Made by a program: the position numbers and the translations under genes
Notes under the pieces: generated by a model
What the model was told of the DNA's origin: nothing
Databases searched by the model: none
The model's input: the letters and a program-made list of their open reading frames with translations, nothing else
Assembly (NCBI RefSeq): GCF_009914755.1
Contig: NC_060943.1
Length of the DNA: 64,000 nt
Source of the DNA: the human T2T-CHM13v2.0 reference genome, Homo sapiens
Reading direction: 5' to 3' (one strand)
Shown here: positions 32,543-48,507 of the stretch, piece by piece
Position numbering within the stretch: the stretch's first letter is position 1
How the letters are laid out: every line of letters starts with the position of its first letter

Positions 32543-32875
32543 TTATTTATTTATGTATTTATTTATGGTTTAGAGACAGAGACTCACTCTGTTGCCCAGG
32601 CTGGGGTGCAGTGGTACAATCGTAGCTCACTGAAGACTTAAACTCCTGGGCTCAAGTGATTCTCCCACTTCAGTCTCCTGAGTAGCTGGGTTACAAGCGC
32701 ACACCACCATGCCTGGATCATTCTTTTTATTTTTTCTTTTGTAGAGACAAGGTCTGGGTATATTGCCCAGGCTCCTGGGTATATTGCCAGAGGTCTCGAA
32801 CTCCTGACCTCTAGCAATTCCCTCACCTTGGCCTCCAGAAATTCTGGGATTATAGGCATGAGCCACTGCACCTGG
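32543..32875 (-). mobile_element. AluJ with an ~18-bp internal duplication
   Basis: J dimer; ctgggtatattgcc occurs twice at ~32754-32788; TSD gagcattg. Confidence 0.9.
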
Positions 32876-33095
32876 TGGGAGCATTGTTATTTAAAAGTTT
32901 GTGGATATTCTTCCTGTGACTAGTGTGGAATCCCGAGGCCCCAGGAAATTCAGACTTATGTTTCATGATGGGGAGGGTCTAACTCCTTATATTATTCCTT
33001 CTGATCGTACTCACCCAATGGGGAGAAATAAAATGAAAAGAATACCAGGTGAGCCACTTCATCTGCTATCATTTTGGCAACAAGAAATGGAAGCT

Positions 33096-33395
33096 GACCG
33101 GGCTCAATGGCTCATGCCTGTAATCCCAGCTCTTTGGGAGGTTGAGGTGGGAGGATGCTTGAGCCCAGGAGTTGGACACCAGCTTGGGCAACATGGCTAA
33201 ACCTCATCTCTTTAAAAAAAGTATAAAAATTGGGCAGGTGTGGTGGTGTGCACCTGTAGTCCCAGCTACTCTGGAGGCTGAGGTCGGAGGATCAGTTGAG
33301 TCTGGGAGGTCAAGGCTGCCGTGAACAATTATTGTACCATTGCACTCCAGCCTGGGTGACAGAGCCAGACCCTGTCTCAAAATAAATGAATAAAA
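33096..33395 (+). mobile_element. AluJ
   Basis: Full sense J dimer. Confidence 0.92.
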
Positions 33396-33539
33396 AGTGG
33401 GAGCTATTTCTGCAGCATCCACAGCAAACAGAGATGGACTTACTCCCTTAAATCTGAGCTGAGTTGGCCAAATTCTCACTGCGTAAGTTGGTCTAATGCC
33501 AGCAACATTTCCTGGATATGAGAGTTTTCAGAGCTCTTA

Positions 33540-33853
<314 letters not shown>

Positions 33854-33899
33854 GTGGGTGGGGGAGGTTGGAGCCATGGGTGTCTGACTCTCCCTGGGA

Positions 33900-34060
33900 T
33901 GATTTACATATATTATCTCATTTAATCTTCACAGCAAGCCTTTGAGGCAGGCAGCATGAGTCAGCTGAGGCTCAAAGAGATAAAGCCACCCACCCAAGAT
34001 AGGGCAGCTGGTAAGTGAGATGCCACCTACACCCTCAGTCCTACTTACTCGGAAGTCCAT
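33900..34060 (-). mobile_element. MIR
   Basis: tattatctcatttaatcttcacagcaagcc...ctgaggctcaaagaga...cccaag. Confidence 0.75.
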
Positions 34061-34525
34061 GTACGCTGATGTTTGCTGTTACCACACTCTGTGGTTCTGC
34101 CACTACCATCCTTGTGAAACTCGTGAAAGCTGCAGACATGCCACAGCTCAGCCTTCCCAATTATAAAAGGAGAATAAAAAATATCTCCAAGAGGATGGAG
34201 TTTTCTAGAGCTCCTTCTTCCATCTAGTTGATGACCCTTAGAAAATGCTTAGTAAAATGAGAAAGCATTTTTAATAGGAAAAGGTCAAATGAAGAAATCT
34301 TCTAGATGACACCATAAAGCTTTAAAAACCCTTTCGACTTCTGTTCTAAGCCCTTCTTCCCGGTACTCAGGCCAAGAGAATCCCGTCTTGGCATGGCTGC
34401 CTCTGAACCATTTTTGCAGAGAGTCAGGCATTCATTCATTCTTTCCCTGAATGTTTCCTGAGCAGTTCTGACCAAAGCACAGGGGAGTCAGCCACTATTC
34501 CTGCCCTCCAGTTGCTCCTTGGCTT

Positions 34526-34887
34526 GCATCTTAATCTTCTGGGCTGCTATAACAAAATAGCACACATGGGATGGTTTTTAAACAACAGAAACTTGTAGCT
34601 TCCACGGTTGAAGGCTAGAAGTTCAAGATCAAGGTGCTGGCAGACTTGGTGTCGGGGGAGGTCCCGCTTCTTGGTTCATAGAAGGTGACTTCTATGTGTT
34701 CTCAGATAGTGGAAGAAAACAACAGTGGTTTCTTCCATCACTTATAAAGACAGGAATCCCATTCATAGCACTCCACCCTCCTGACCTAATCACCTCCCCT
34801 GCCCTGCCCACTTCCTAACACCATCACATGGGGGATTAGGTTTCAACACATGAATTTTGGAGAGGCACAATGATTCAATCCCTAACA
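34526..34887 (-). mobile_element. MLT1A-like solo LTR
   Basis: gggctgctataacaaaatagcac...aaacaacagaaa...gttcaagatcaaggtgctggcag...gtttcaacacatgaattttgg. Confidence 0.88.
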
Positions 34888-35427
34888 TTTAACACATAAG
34901 TCTTGCAAGTAGCTTGAGGGTGTAGGAAGCAAGTGCTTTGGGAGCTCAGAGCAGTGTACCTGGCCTGGCTTGACTGGACATGCAGCTTATCTTAGAAGAC
35001 CATGCGTGATGGAAGTTCTCAGGTGTTCACTCTTGAGGTTGCACCCTAGGCTCTCTCAGATGCTCCCCTGCAAGCCACTGTTCCCCAATTCTCTGCAAGG
35101 GTTCACCTCTGGCCTTCAGGACAAAGTGGAGACTTGGGCACCCTTGGGCAATGGGACCCCTTCAGGTGGACAGATAAGGTTTATACCCAGTCTGTGGGGC
35201 CAGGTCGGGATCATGGCATGACTGTGGGCATCTCGGTGTGCCAGGGTGTCTCTCCAGCACTAGGGGACCCAGGATTGCCACTGTTAGGTATCTGGTAGTT
35301 CAGCTCAACACACATGATATTTTAGCTTCTTGAATTTTTCTTATTGGACCTTAGAGGCAGAGGACCTGGTTAATTATGCTCCTTGGTTCAAGACACTTTA
35401 TTATGGTGGGTCAAGTCTAGGCCCTCT

Positions 35428-36053
35428 GTTTTGTTTTGTTTTTTTCTTATACAACTTTTATTTTAGAATCACAGGGTCCACGTGCAGGTCTGTTACACGA
35501 TTGCACAATGCACGATGCTGAGGTTTGGGATATGCTTGATCCTGTTACTCAGGTAGTGAGCATGGTGCCCAATAGGCAGGTTTTCAGCCCTGGCCCCTCT
35601 TCCTCCCTCCCCTGCCTTATAGTGTCTATTGTTCCCATTTTTATTTCCCCATGTATACCCAACATTGAACTCCCACTTATAAGTGAGAACATGCTGTATT
35701 TGGTTTTCTGTTTCTGCATTAGTTTGCTTAGAATAATGGCTTCCAGCTGCATCCATGTTGCTGCAAAGGACATGATTTCATTCTTTTTTTTTGTGGCTGT
35801 GTAGTGTTCCATGGTGTATATATAGCACATTTCTTTATCTGATCCACAGTTGATAGGCGCCTGGGTTGATTCCATGTTTTTGCTATTGTGAACAGCCCTG
35901 TAATGAAGATACGGGTGCATTTTTGGTAGAATGATTTGTTTTCCTTTGGGTCTATACCTAATAGTGTGATTGCTGGGTTGAATGGTAGTTCAATTCTTAG
36001 TTCTTTGAGAAATCTGTAAACTGCTTTTCACAGTGGCTGCACTAATTTCCATT
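35428..36053 (-). mobile_element. L1PB 3' end
   Basis: Antisense PB 3'UTR (gatgctgaggtttggg, caggtagtgagcat) and ORF2 end. Confidence 0.9.
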
Positions 36054-36196
36054 ATGTCTGATCTCTGTTGTTTTTATTTTTAACTCTCCCCCCACTTTAA
36101 ATTTTACACAATAAAGTTGGAAGACATTTACATTGATCACCTGTATACCTACCACCTAGGTCCTACCTTAGCACATTATTATAGTTTAAAAAGATC

Positions 36197-36504
<308 letters not shown>

Positions 36505-36589
36505 TCAAATGCATATCAAGGTAAATTGCAGATATCAGTAGACTTACCTGCCAAGACTTGAGTATTTACTTCAATATTTTAGTGCTTTT

Positions 36590-38065
<1,476 letters not shown>

Positions 38066-38192
38066 GTGGAAAAACTTTTTTTCCCTATTATACTAGTCCT
38101 CACTTATCCATGAAAGAGATGTTCCCAGATCCGCAGCAGATGCCTGAAACCACAGAGAGTTCCAAACCCTACGTACCCTGTGTTTTGTCTTA

Positions 38193-38603
<411 letters not shown>

Positions 38604-38932
38604 GAATGAAATAGGACAATTAGACAATACGCTGCAATCACAGTCGTGTGCATGCCGTTTTGCTCTCTAAATAACTTACTGTACTGCACTCAGCCTTCTT
38701 CTTGTGATGACATGGGATGATAAAAGGCCTATGTGATGAGATTCCATGACCGTCAATCTGATAACTGAGACAGCTACTGAGTGACTAGTGGTGGGCGGCA
38801 CCTACAGCATGGATATGCAGGACAAGGGGATGACGTCCATCCTCCGTGGGACAGAGCCGGCGGTGCCGGATTTCATCGCACTATGCTGAACTCCCAGCAA
38901 CTTAATACTTATGGATGGTTTGTTTCTGAAAC

Positions 38933-39232
38933 TTTTTTTTTTTGAGACAGAGTTTTGCTCTTATTGCCCGCACTCGAGTGCATGCAATGGCACAATCTCA
39001 GCTCACAGCAACCTCTGCCTCCCGGTTTCAAGTGATTCTCCTACCTCAGTCCCCCAAGTAGCTGGGATTACAGGTGCCTGCCACCATGCCTGGCTAATTT
39101 TTTTTTATTTTTTAGTAGAGACGGGCTTTCACCATGTTGGCCAGGCTGGTCTTGAACTCCTGACCTCAGGTGATCCACCTGCCTCGGCCTCCCAAAGTGT
39201 GGGATTACAGGCATAAGCCACCACGCCTGGCC
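38933..39232 (-). mobile_element. AluS (Sq-like)
   Basis: Full antisense dimer; TSD tgaaacttt. Confidence 0.92.
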
Positions 39233-39707
39233 TGAAACTTTCTATTTAGTATTTTTGGACCAAGATTGACCACAGGTAATGGACACCGTGGAGAATGAAA
39301 CCATGGATGAGAGGGTGCAACTGTGCTGTTTTAAAAATTGAATGAATGCCTGTGTGAGTCCATTTCTTGGTTCCTCCTCTTCTTTTTAAAAAGTATGGCT
39401 TCTTTTGTCTTTTCCTTCTCCATTCCCATGTCCTGTCCTCAAACATGAGATGCCATTTGTAATGTGTTGAAACTATTCATTTATTTTGTAAATGTTCTTG
39501 GAAAAGATGAATTTTTGTTTTGTGTATAAGTGTCTTTATACAACTGATATTGCACTATACATCTTATGGTGTTAACTGTTGACCTATTAAAATAAGATAT
39601 ATATGATATCTACATGTCTTTATCTATATCTAGCTATCGATTGACTGATCTATTGATCAGTTGATCTATCTCTTTTAATGAGCCATTAACATTGCCATGA
39701 GCTAACA

Positions 39708-40015
39708 CTTTCTTTCTTTCTTTTTTTTTTTTTGAAACAGGATCTTGTTCTATCACCCGGACTGGAGTGCAGTTGCATGATCTCAGTTCGTTGCAACCCC
39801 TGTCTCCTGGGTTCAAGCTATTCTCCTGTCTCAGCCTCCCAAGTGCCTGGGATTACAAGCACATACCATGATGCTCAGCTAATTTTTGTATATTTGGTAG
39901 AGATGGGATTTCACCATGTTGGTCAGGCTGGTCTGGAACTCCTGGCCTCAAGTGATCAGCCTGCCTTGTCATCCCAAAGTTCTGGGATTACAGGTGTGAG
40001 CCACAGCACCAACCT
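39708..40015 (-). mobile_element. Alu (old S/Jb-like)
   Basis: Full antisense dimer; TSD tgagctaaca. Confidence 0.92.
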
Positions 40016-40221
40016 GAGCTAACAGTCTTGTGTCAGGGTAATGCTGTTTTGTGTATCATGTCTCAACTCTCTAATATCTCAGTGGTGGACATCTGCTCAC
40101 CTCCAACTTTGTACTACCAAAATCAATACTGCAGTAACATGGCCAGAAATATCCTGTGGACCTGAATGAGAATCCCTTTTGAGGTAGAAACCCAGGGGCA
40201 GAGATCCTGGGTAATAGAATA

Positions 40222-40760
40222 TAGAAGACAGCATTTTCTAAAAATGATGACCATACCTATCCCATCCTCACACACTTTCTAGAATGTGAGGTTGACACTC
40301 TTCATTGAGAGGTGAAGTTCCCATTCTCTTTTCTTGATCCTGGGTTGCAGCCAGTTGAAACGGTGCTACATAATGCTGAGGCTAGGTCATTGAAATATCA
40401 TGCACCTTTTTCTGGATCTGTGGGGCCCCTCACTCTTGGGACATAGTCCCCATGCTGAGTGGCAGCCAAGCAGCCACAAGATGAAGTCACCTGGAAGAAT
40501 CCCGGCCAACAGCCTCAACTAGGTTGCTAGCTGATGGCCAGCAAGCAAGTGCCAGGCATGAGAGTGAGTTTCTGGTGGTTCCAGCCCCCAGCTATCAAGT
40601 CACCCCCCAGCCTTTGAGCTACCCTGGCCACAAGGAGCAGAGATAAGCTTTCCCTATTAAGCACTGCCCAGTTTGAAGACTAATGAGCAGAGTAATAATT
40701 GATTTTTTAAAGCCACTGAGTATACGGTGGCTTGCTATGCAGCAAAAGAGAGCTGGAACG
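40222..40760 (+). mobile_element. MLT1 (G/H-like) solo LTR
   Basis: cattgagaggtg, gaggctaggtcat, ggagcagagataagc, 3' end tttaaagccactgag...tgctatgcagcaaaagagagctggaac. Confidence 0.8.
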
Positions 40761-41279
40761 TATGAATTCAGGGTATGAATCTCCAAGAAATATTAGAGGC
40801 GGCCCCTTTGCAGGGCTTCAGATTCTATTCTCCCAACATCAGTGCCCCAGGCCCCTCTGCCCTCATGTCTCTGCTGTTTACTTAGCATTGCCTCTTACTA
40901 ATTTTGCCTAATAGTTGCCAAGTAACAGCTCATCCATTAAAATTGTGTTTTTCTGATTACTAACGATTTTGAACACTTCTTCGCATGCTTCTAAGCTTTT
41001 TGGGTTTTCCCTTCTGAGAAATGCTTGTTCATACGTTTCCCCCATATTTATATTAGGCTGCTGTCTTTCTGTTTGTTTTGCAGGAGGTCCTTCTCTAGCC
41101 TTGATATTAGTCCCTTGTCAGTTTCAGTCGTTGTAAATATCTTTTTGCATTCAGTTACCTGCCTTTGACAGTTGCTTCCTAGCCACAGCAGACAAACGAC
41201 AGAATGAGAGATTCCATGGAGAAAGAGCCCCCATCTGTGCCGTCATTGTCCTAAGCTCTTTAAAGCAGTTCTCAACAAC

Positions 41280-41940
41280 ATTTTCTCACATTTTTGTACA
41301 ATGCCCTGCCGTCTAACAATATATGCATATTTATGAATTTAATTATTAAAACAACCCCAAAAGATAGCTATTGCCACTCTCCCTGTATTTTGTAGCTTGG
41401 TAAATGAAAGCCTAGCTAGCTGAAGTGACCTGCCCAAGGTCACACAATTTTTACATGTTGTCAGAAAATATTTACCATCAGCTCCATTCTTCCCACGGTC
41501 CAACAGAGCTGAGGGCTGAGGGCAGAGAAAGGACTTCCATCAGATCAGGTGATAATTCAGTCCCTTAGGAGAGGTGAAGACTGCTGAGTGGACCCAAGCG
41601 ATTCAGCCTTGGAGCCAGGGGTCTGGAGACAAGGCCTACCTGTATTACCAGCTCCATGTTTGGGTGAAACATTTCTCCCGTCTAGGCCTAAATTTCCCAA
41701 TCCAGAAAACAAGCTCAATTGTCATAATGACAATGACCTCCCAAATGAATCACGAAAGTTAAAAGAAGTAATATAAACTGTGAAGTATTTTTACCCAAAA
41801 AGTCTAAGGAATTAGTTCACCTGGACAAAAACCCTGGGTTGGAGTAGCTATGTCAGGGTTTCAGGCTTAGCTCAGGTCCTGAAAAGCTGTGTGGCCCTGG
41901 GAAAACTCCTTCACCTCTCTGGGCTGCAGGGTGCTTATTG
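41280..41940. mobile_element. Cluster of MIR fragments
   Basis: aagtgacctgcccaaggtcacaca (antisense); ggcctaaatttccc and gctgtgtggccctgggaaaactccttcacctctctggg (sense). Confidence 0.65.
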
Positions 41941-42045
41941 GTCTAAGGAGGCCCTTACACACATCTCTACAGGCCCTTCCAGCCTAGAGATTCAAGCTGA
42001 ACCTGAGCTAGGGTCAGAGGCGGTTCCCAGGGAAAGAGCAGGGGG

Positions 42046-42280
42046 GTGTGTGTGTGTGTGTGCGTGTGTGTGTAAGTGTGCATGTCTGACTTGTGCATGT
42101 ATAAGTACACCTCTGAGTTCACATGTGCATTTGAGCCTGTGTAAGCAGGTGCATATATGTGCATATATGTGCATATGTGAGGCTATGCTTGTGTTTCGGA
42201 GCATGCATGTGTGTGTGTGTGTGTGTGTATGTATATATTTGTATATATCTATGCATGTAAGCATATGTGTTTGTATGTGA
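42046..42280. repeat. (TG)-rich simple repeat
   Basis: Degenerate TG/TA/CATG tract. Confidence 0.85.
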
Positions 42281-43379
42281 AGAGAGTGCTGTATCTTGAA
42301 AAAAATGTTTTTGAGAATTAATAGATGTGCATCTTTTCCTTGAATTTCCTGGATTATACCCCAAGGCCCTTTCTTCCCACACAATGAGAAAGGTGTGGTT
42401 TGCTGTTCTGGGGACTGGGCGGTGGTGACAGAAGGCAGATAGTAGGGACGGGTGTCATGGAAGCATCCAGATGGGTGTGCACTCTTGCTTCCTTGGGTTT
42501 TCAAGCCCTCCTTTCTCTGCAGAGTCCCAGGTTGGGCTGGTGGAAGAGGCAGGAACCAGGAGGACAGGACAAACAGGGCTGAGAACAGAAGTGCCTGAGC
42601 ATGGGGAGCCAACCTGGAGAGCCTGGCCTTCTTGGCCTCTTCCTACCCTCTGATGAGCACCAGCGCCTAGCAGCAGCCCACAACAGACACTCACAGGTGT
42701 GTTGGGGCTGTGTGTGCTGGGGGTGGGGTCTCTGCTGCTCGGCTCACGGTGTTGGGGAGGACTGACTTTGCTGCATGGGAAAGGGCAGGGATAAGGAGCA
42801 GGGCTGCCCCAGTCCAGCCGGATCCAGGCTCTGATGGACATGGCAGCCCTCACTCCTTCTCCTCCAGCCCTGTGGGGTGCAGCTGTTGGCCTCTTCCTGC
42901 TGCACCACTTCCAGAGCCACCTGGGCCTGGCAGTTTGTCACCACTAAAAGCCTCATATCCTGGCTCCCCCTGCACTATTAATCTCAGAAAAACGCATTGT
43001 CAAACCTAATGAAAAAGGGGAAGCCACCAAGGAGAAGGTGTCCACACCTCGGGCTGACAGTTGTCAGGCAGGCGGGCAGCAGCGTCCTGCTGGGGACAGA
43101 GCTGGATGAACAGAAGCAGTGGAAAGTGCCTGGGGAGATGGGCACGGGGACTCAGGACCCCGTGCACGGGGTGAGCTTGTGCTTGCCAACAGCAGAGGAG
43201 GGAGGACCAAGGACAGGAGGCCTGGGGCCTGGAGGGACACTGTCAGGGACATGGGGCAGCACTCCCAAAGAGAAGTACCACCTGACCAGGACTCCCAGAA
43301 AAGGAAGCCCCTGGCAGCTGCCAGCTGTGTCCCCAGCCCTGTCCTATCCTCTAAGACCAAGCAAAGGGGGAAGGACTGA

Positions 43380-43830
43380 GCTCCAATCAGAGGCCATCAA
43401 CGGAAAGGCCTCAGGCCTCACCTGGCCCATTGAAAGGTTTCACTTGGTCTGTTGAGTGTTGAAATTGTTTTCAATGATATAAAATTTTTAATTGGGATAG
43501 CCTATGTAAAGAGCGAGATTTGCAATTTCTCTTGAAAAATGAAAAAAAAAACTGACCATTTTTGGTTTGGGGGTGTGATGAGCTGTAGCTGCAGGGTCGT
43601 GACTGGTGGGCATGGGCTTGCCGGCCGCCCTGGCCGCAGCACTCCTGGCGGCTGGCCACATCCCTTGCCACTCACTGCGGCAGCCGTGGAAGTCTTCGTT
43701 ATTCATAGATGCCAAGAATCTTCAGTGTCCTGCAGCTGCGTATGAATTTCTCTTTCTGCTCTCCCTCAGCCATGTGTTGGTGCTGTGGGACAAGCCAGGG
43801 TTTTGCTAGCATGAAAATCAAAGGCAGTAT
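43380..43830. promoter_or_regulatory. Candidate conserved non-coding element / enhancer
   Basis: Unique sequence: CCAAT box ccaatcag (43383), AT-rich core with taattg and atttgcaat, adjacent CpG-retaining GC block; conservation not verified. Confidence 0.4.
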
Positions 43831-45232
43831 ATTTTAGCCTTCCCATCACAGACCCTCTCCTGTCCCCTTCTCATTCCGGGACTGGTTCTCTCTCTTATTC
43901 AGCCACCATTGCAGTTCACAGCCCTCCCTCCAAAGGCTCCTATGAACCCAGAGATCATAAGTCAATCTCCCCCTGGACCCACCACACCCCTTGTAGATTG
44001 CCCAGGCTGAAGACTGATAATTTGGAGCTCTTTCAACAGGCAGTGCATTCTGTTGGCAAGTGGGTTCTGAGCATCTCCTGCCATTGTGTGCCCAGATGGG
44101 GGAACAAGGGGAAAGACAGCACCTGTCACATCACAGGCCCAAGGCTGCCAGAGAGTGACCAAACCCAGAGAGGTAACATATGTGTGACAGATGAGTGTGG
44201 AGCAGGCTGGAGTCAATCAGGAGGGCTTCCTGCAGGAGGAGGAGCTTAAGCTGGCTAGTGAGTGAGTGGAACAGGGTGAAGAGCTTGCTTGCTGGAGCAG
44301 GCTAGGCCTGAGCTCCAGGATTTGATCTTTTTGGGTATAGCTATGTGCTGTTGGGTGTGGCATTTAGGATCTCTAGACCTCAGCCTCAGTATCTAAAATG
44401 GGAATGGTTCTAGTGTCTACACCCTTTCCAGCCTCAAGTACTGCAAGGCTCAGCCTCTGTCTTTCTGGAGTGGTTTGGTCATGTTTGCTGGAGTGAGTCC
44501 CTCCTGGGCTTCCTTAGGGCTGGTCCCATCTGCTCTGTGTACCGGGACTCAGGATAAGCCACATGGGAGGTGACCAAGAATCACTTTTTATTTGGCCAAA
44601 GATGGGGGAGGCATTGTAGGGATTACTGCAGGAGCCAAGGTCACTGCCAAGTAGATGAGATGGAGAACAAACCCACGAGGTGTTCGCTGCAAGTTGAAAA
44701 GTGAAATACTTGGCCTAAGCGGTTTCATAACATTCCTCCTATCTCTCTATGCCCCCCAAGCCCTTTCCTACATTTGGGAGGGATGGCTGTGGTGACTGGG
44801 GAAAAAGAACTAGAGAGTTCTACCAGTTGTCTATCAGACAAGAGCCTATGATAGACTGAGGGAAGCTGGGCAGAAAATAAGCTAAGGGTCACATTGTTTC
44901 CCAAGCTCAATGAGAATTGGCAAAGCTGCATTATAATTTCAGAAGTATGTGTATGGTATAAGATAACTGTTGGCCTCATTGTTAACCTGGAATCCTTGGC
45001 CTCTGGGAAGGATGGTGTCTTCTTATGCCCTCTCCTTCAACTCTCAGGATGAGAAACTACAATTCTGAGTGGAAGGAAGGGCATCCCTTAGTTCATGGGG
45101 CCAGTGGGAGGCTTTCTTCCTGTGGGGCCTCTTTGAGCCTTCCAGATGGTTGGAAGTGGCCCTTTATCCTTGTGGGAATAAGGGTGAGACCGAGGGAAAA
45201 GACACCGTTAGTGCCTGGCTAGATTTTAGGAT

Positions 45233-45636
45233 GGCACCCACTGCAGATCACCTTCTGGAGGTCTGGGACACCCACCGCAGATCACCTTCTGCAGATCTGG
45301 GGCGTCCACAGTAGATCACCCTCTGCAGGTCCAGGACACCCACCGCAGATCACCTTCTACAGATTGGGGGCACCCACCCGCAGATCACCCTCTGCAGGTC
45401 TGGGGCGCTCACTGCAGATCACTCTCTGCATGTCCAGGGCACCCACCAAAGATCACCTTCTACAGATCTGGGGCATTCACCCTAGATCACCCTCTGCGGG
45501 TCCGGGGCATTCAACGCAGATCACCCACCGCAGATCACCCTCTGGCAGATCACCCTCTGCAGGTCGAGGGCGTTCACAGCAGACCACCCTCTGCAGGTCC
45601 GGGGCACCCACTGCAGATCACGCCCTGGAGGTCTTG
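45233..45636. repeat. 34-bp GC-rich degenerate minisatellite, ~12 copies
   Basis: agatcac at 45245, 45279, 45313, 45347...; consensus ggggcacccactgcagatcaccctctgcaggtct. Confidence 0.92.
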
Positions 45637-47115
45637 GCAGTTTGTGAGCACAAGCACATGCATTTTCGTATCCTGAGGAGAATTCACTGGTGTCATCCCA
45701 GCTTCTCCGAGTCTGCCCTTTCCATGGATGCAGAGAAATTTTCCATTTCAGTGACCTTCTCCACCTATATTTCATGACTCGTGTGCCACCCTCTCCTCGG
45801 AGCTTTGAGCTGAGACCACATTTCCACCCCCGGCATCCCACCGTGCCTCCACTCCAAGCTCTCTGCACCTGCCAGGTGAGACAGGGCTGATCAGAAGATG
45901 CTGTGATGAGATAAATCACTTTCCCCTCATCGCCCTGAGGACTCTCGTAGCCTCCTGTTCTGTGAGATGTCTTCTAGACAGTGAATTTTCCCCGAGGCCC
46001 TGGGAGCAGGAGCACCCTGCCCCTTGGGGATCTCATTGGCTCCTCTTCAGGTGATTCCTATGAGGTGGCTTCCATGTTTGGTGCTGGTCCACACTGGAGG
46101 GCCAGGCCCTATCTTATCGGTATTTGTGACCCTCCGAGTGCCAGTTGAGATCTGGCACAGAAGCACTCAATGACTGTTTGCAAAGAAAATGTGTGAGTTG
46201 CAGAGATTCCCTTAGACCTATGCTACAAGCCTGTTCAGAGAATGAGCATTTGCAGGAGATAATAAGTGGGAGAAGATGAGACTGTGACCCGCGGAGAGCT
46301 CATCAGCACTTTGGCAAACTTGGGTCTCCACATACGGCTCAGCTAGGCTGTGATTTACCTACTCATGTGTCTCAGTCACTCTACTAGGGCTGGGAGGCAG
46401 AGAGAGAAAAGGCAGGAGGGAAGGGAGGGAGGGAGGGGAGGAGGAAAGGGGGCAAGGAGGAAGGGGGAAATAAAAGACTTATTTTGCATAATAGAGATGG
46501 AGAGCATTGGTGGGGGGGTGGTGGGTATGAAACTCATACTTTTGTAAACACACAAAGAGAGAAAAATAATAGGTGTGCAGGTAGGTTTGCTATTCTGTTC
46601 ATCACTGCCCCTCTAATGTCGACAGCCAGCCCTAAAGTCCAAATGCCCCACCTGGGGTAGCCTGCAGGAATCCGTCCTGTGCTGCAATCCCTACAGGAGC
46701 CCGGGGACAGTACACTGGTGAAAGCCATCCGATGTGTCTTATTTTTAGCAGCAGGGAAATGTGGACACCTCTGGGTCAACCCTGGGATTCAAATCATGTA
46801 ACCCAGGTCTCAAATTCTCTCTTGCTCTTCTCTTCACCTATGTGGACTCTAGAGTTACAAATCCCTCCTGGACAGTGGAGGTGGAGTGTGGCCAGCTGTC
46901 ATTTTGACAGGTCTTCCTTGCTGTTGTCCTCGGCTGTTCAGGTGACCCCCAGATGCATGTGGCTGACTGTGCGTGGCCTGTGTAGACCAGGGCACCTTGG
47001 TAGTTTCCTTAGTAACCTGAGCATGCTGAGAAGGCATGGTTTTCATGTGGGCCAGGTAGGGGACAGCCACTTCAACTCACCAGGTAAATGGCAGTGGGAC
47101 AGGGCACTGGCCTGA

Positions 47116-47646
<531 letters not shown>

Positions 47647-47711
47647 TAACTCTAGGTCTGTTCAGGAGCAAATGCCACTGGATGTACGTTGGATCCCACT
47701 GTACATCTAGG

Positions 47712-47892
47712 GCCATGACTTCCACACCTTGGCATACCTCGGCATCACCTGTAGGGCTGCGGCCCCAGCCCTGAGGGCTCCTGACCGAGGAGGTCTGGGG
47801 TGAGGCCTGAGAACCTGCATGTTTAACAAGGTCCTAGGTGACACCGATGCTGCTGGTCTGAGGACAGCACTCACCATAGTCAGAGAACCGTG
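47712..47892 (-). mobile_element. MER5A (hAT-Charlie)
   Basis: aggtctggggtgaggcctgagaacctgcatgtttaacaag..ctaggtgacaccgatgctgctggtc. Confidence 0.8.
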
Positions 47893-48507
47893 GTCCACCG
47901 GAAAAGTGTGAATCCTCGGCCAGGCTGGATTTATCCAGGATTTTACTTCTCCTCCTGCTTTTCTTCCTTTTCTAGAGTCCGGCCGGGAGGACTGCGGGCA
48001 GCTGGGACAGAAGTGTTTGGAGGTAACACGTTGTATGTGTTTTCCTTGTTCTCCTGCCCTGCTCACCTCGACTCCCTTCCACAGCTGTAGGCTCGCTCCT
48101 CTGCTGTGGGCTTTCCTCTGTTCCTCAGTCACCCTCTGAATGAGGGCACCCTTTCAGGTGATGACACAGACACTCCACAGACATCTGCCGGCTGCCCAGT
48201 CTCCAAATGCCCTGCAGAGATGTGACTGGAAGAGTTTGGGGCAATTCCAAGGGAGTCCGTTGAGAGAATCATCCCAGTTGGTTGGAGGAGGGCAAAGAGG
48301 TAAGACTGAGAGGAGACGCTCTGTAAGATGAGCACGCAAGAGTATGCCAGGGCAGAGCGGGCACAGGAGAGCAAGCAGGAGTGGGGGACAGGGACGTGTG
48401 CTATCTTCCCAGGCAGCTAGAGCCCAAAGCCATGCACAAAGGGAAAATCACCAAGAGGCAAAATGACCACTGAACAATCTCCCAGGATCTGCCAAGTCAA
48501 TATTTTT

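Noticed and set aside
42400-43460. GC-rich region with overlapping 100-200 aa ORFs
   Set aside because: CpG-poor, no recognisable domain or exon structure; ORF density is expected from GC content
45233-45777. 34-bp periodic repeat as CRISPR; 137-aa ORF
   Set aside because: Head-to-tail degenerate tandem repeat without spacers in eukaryotic DNA
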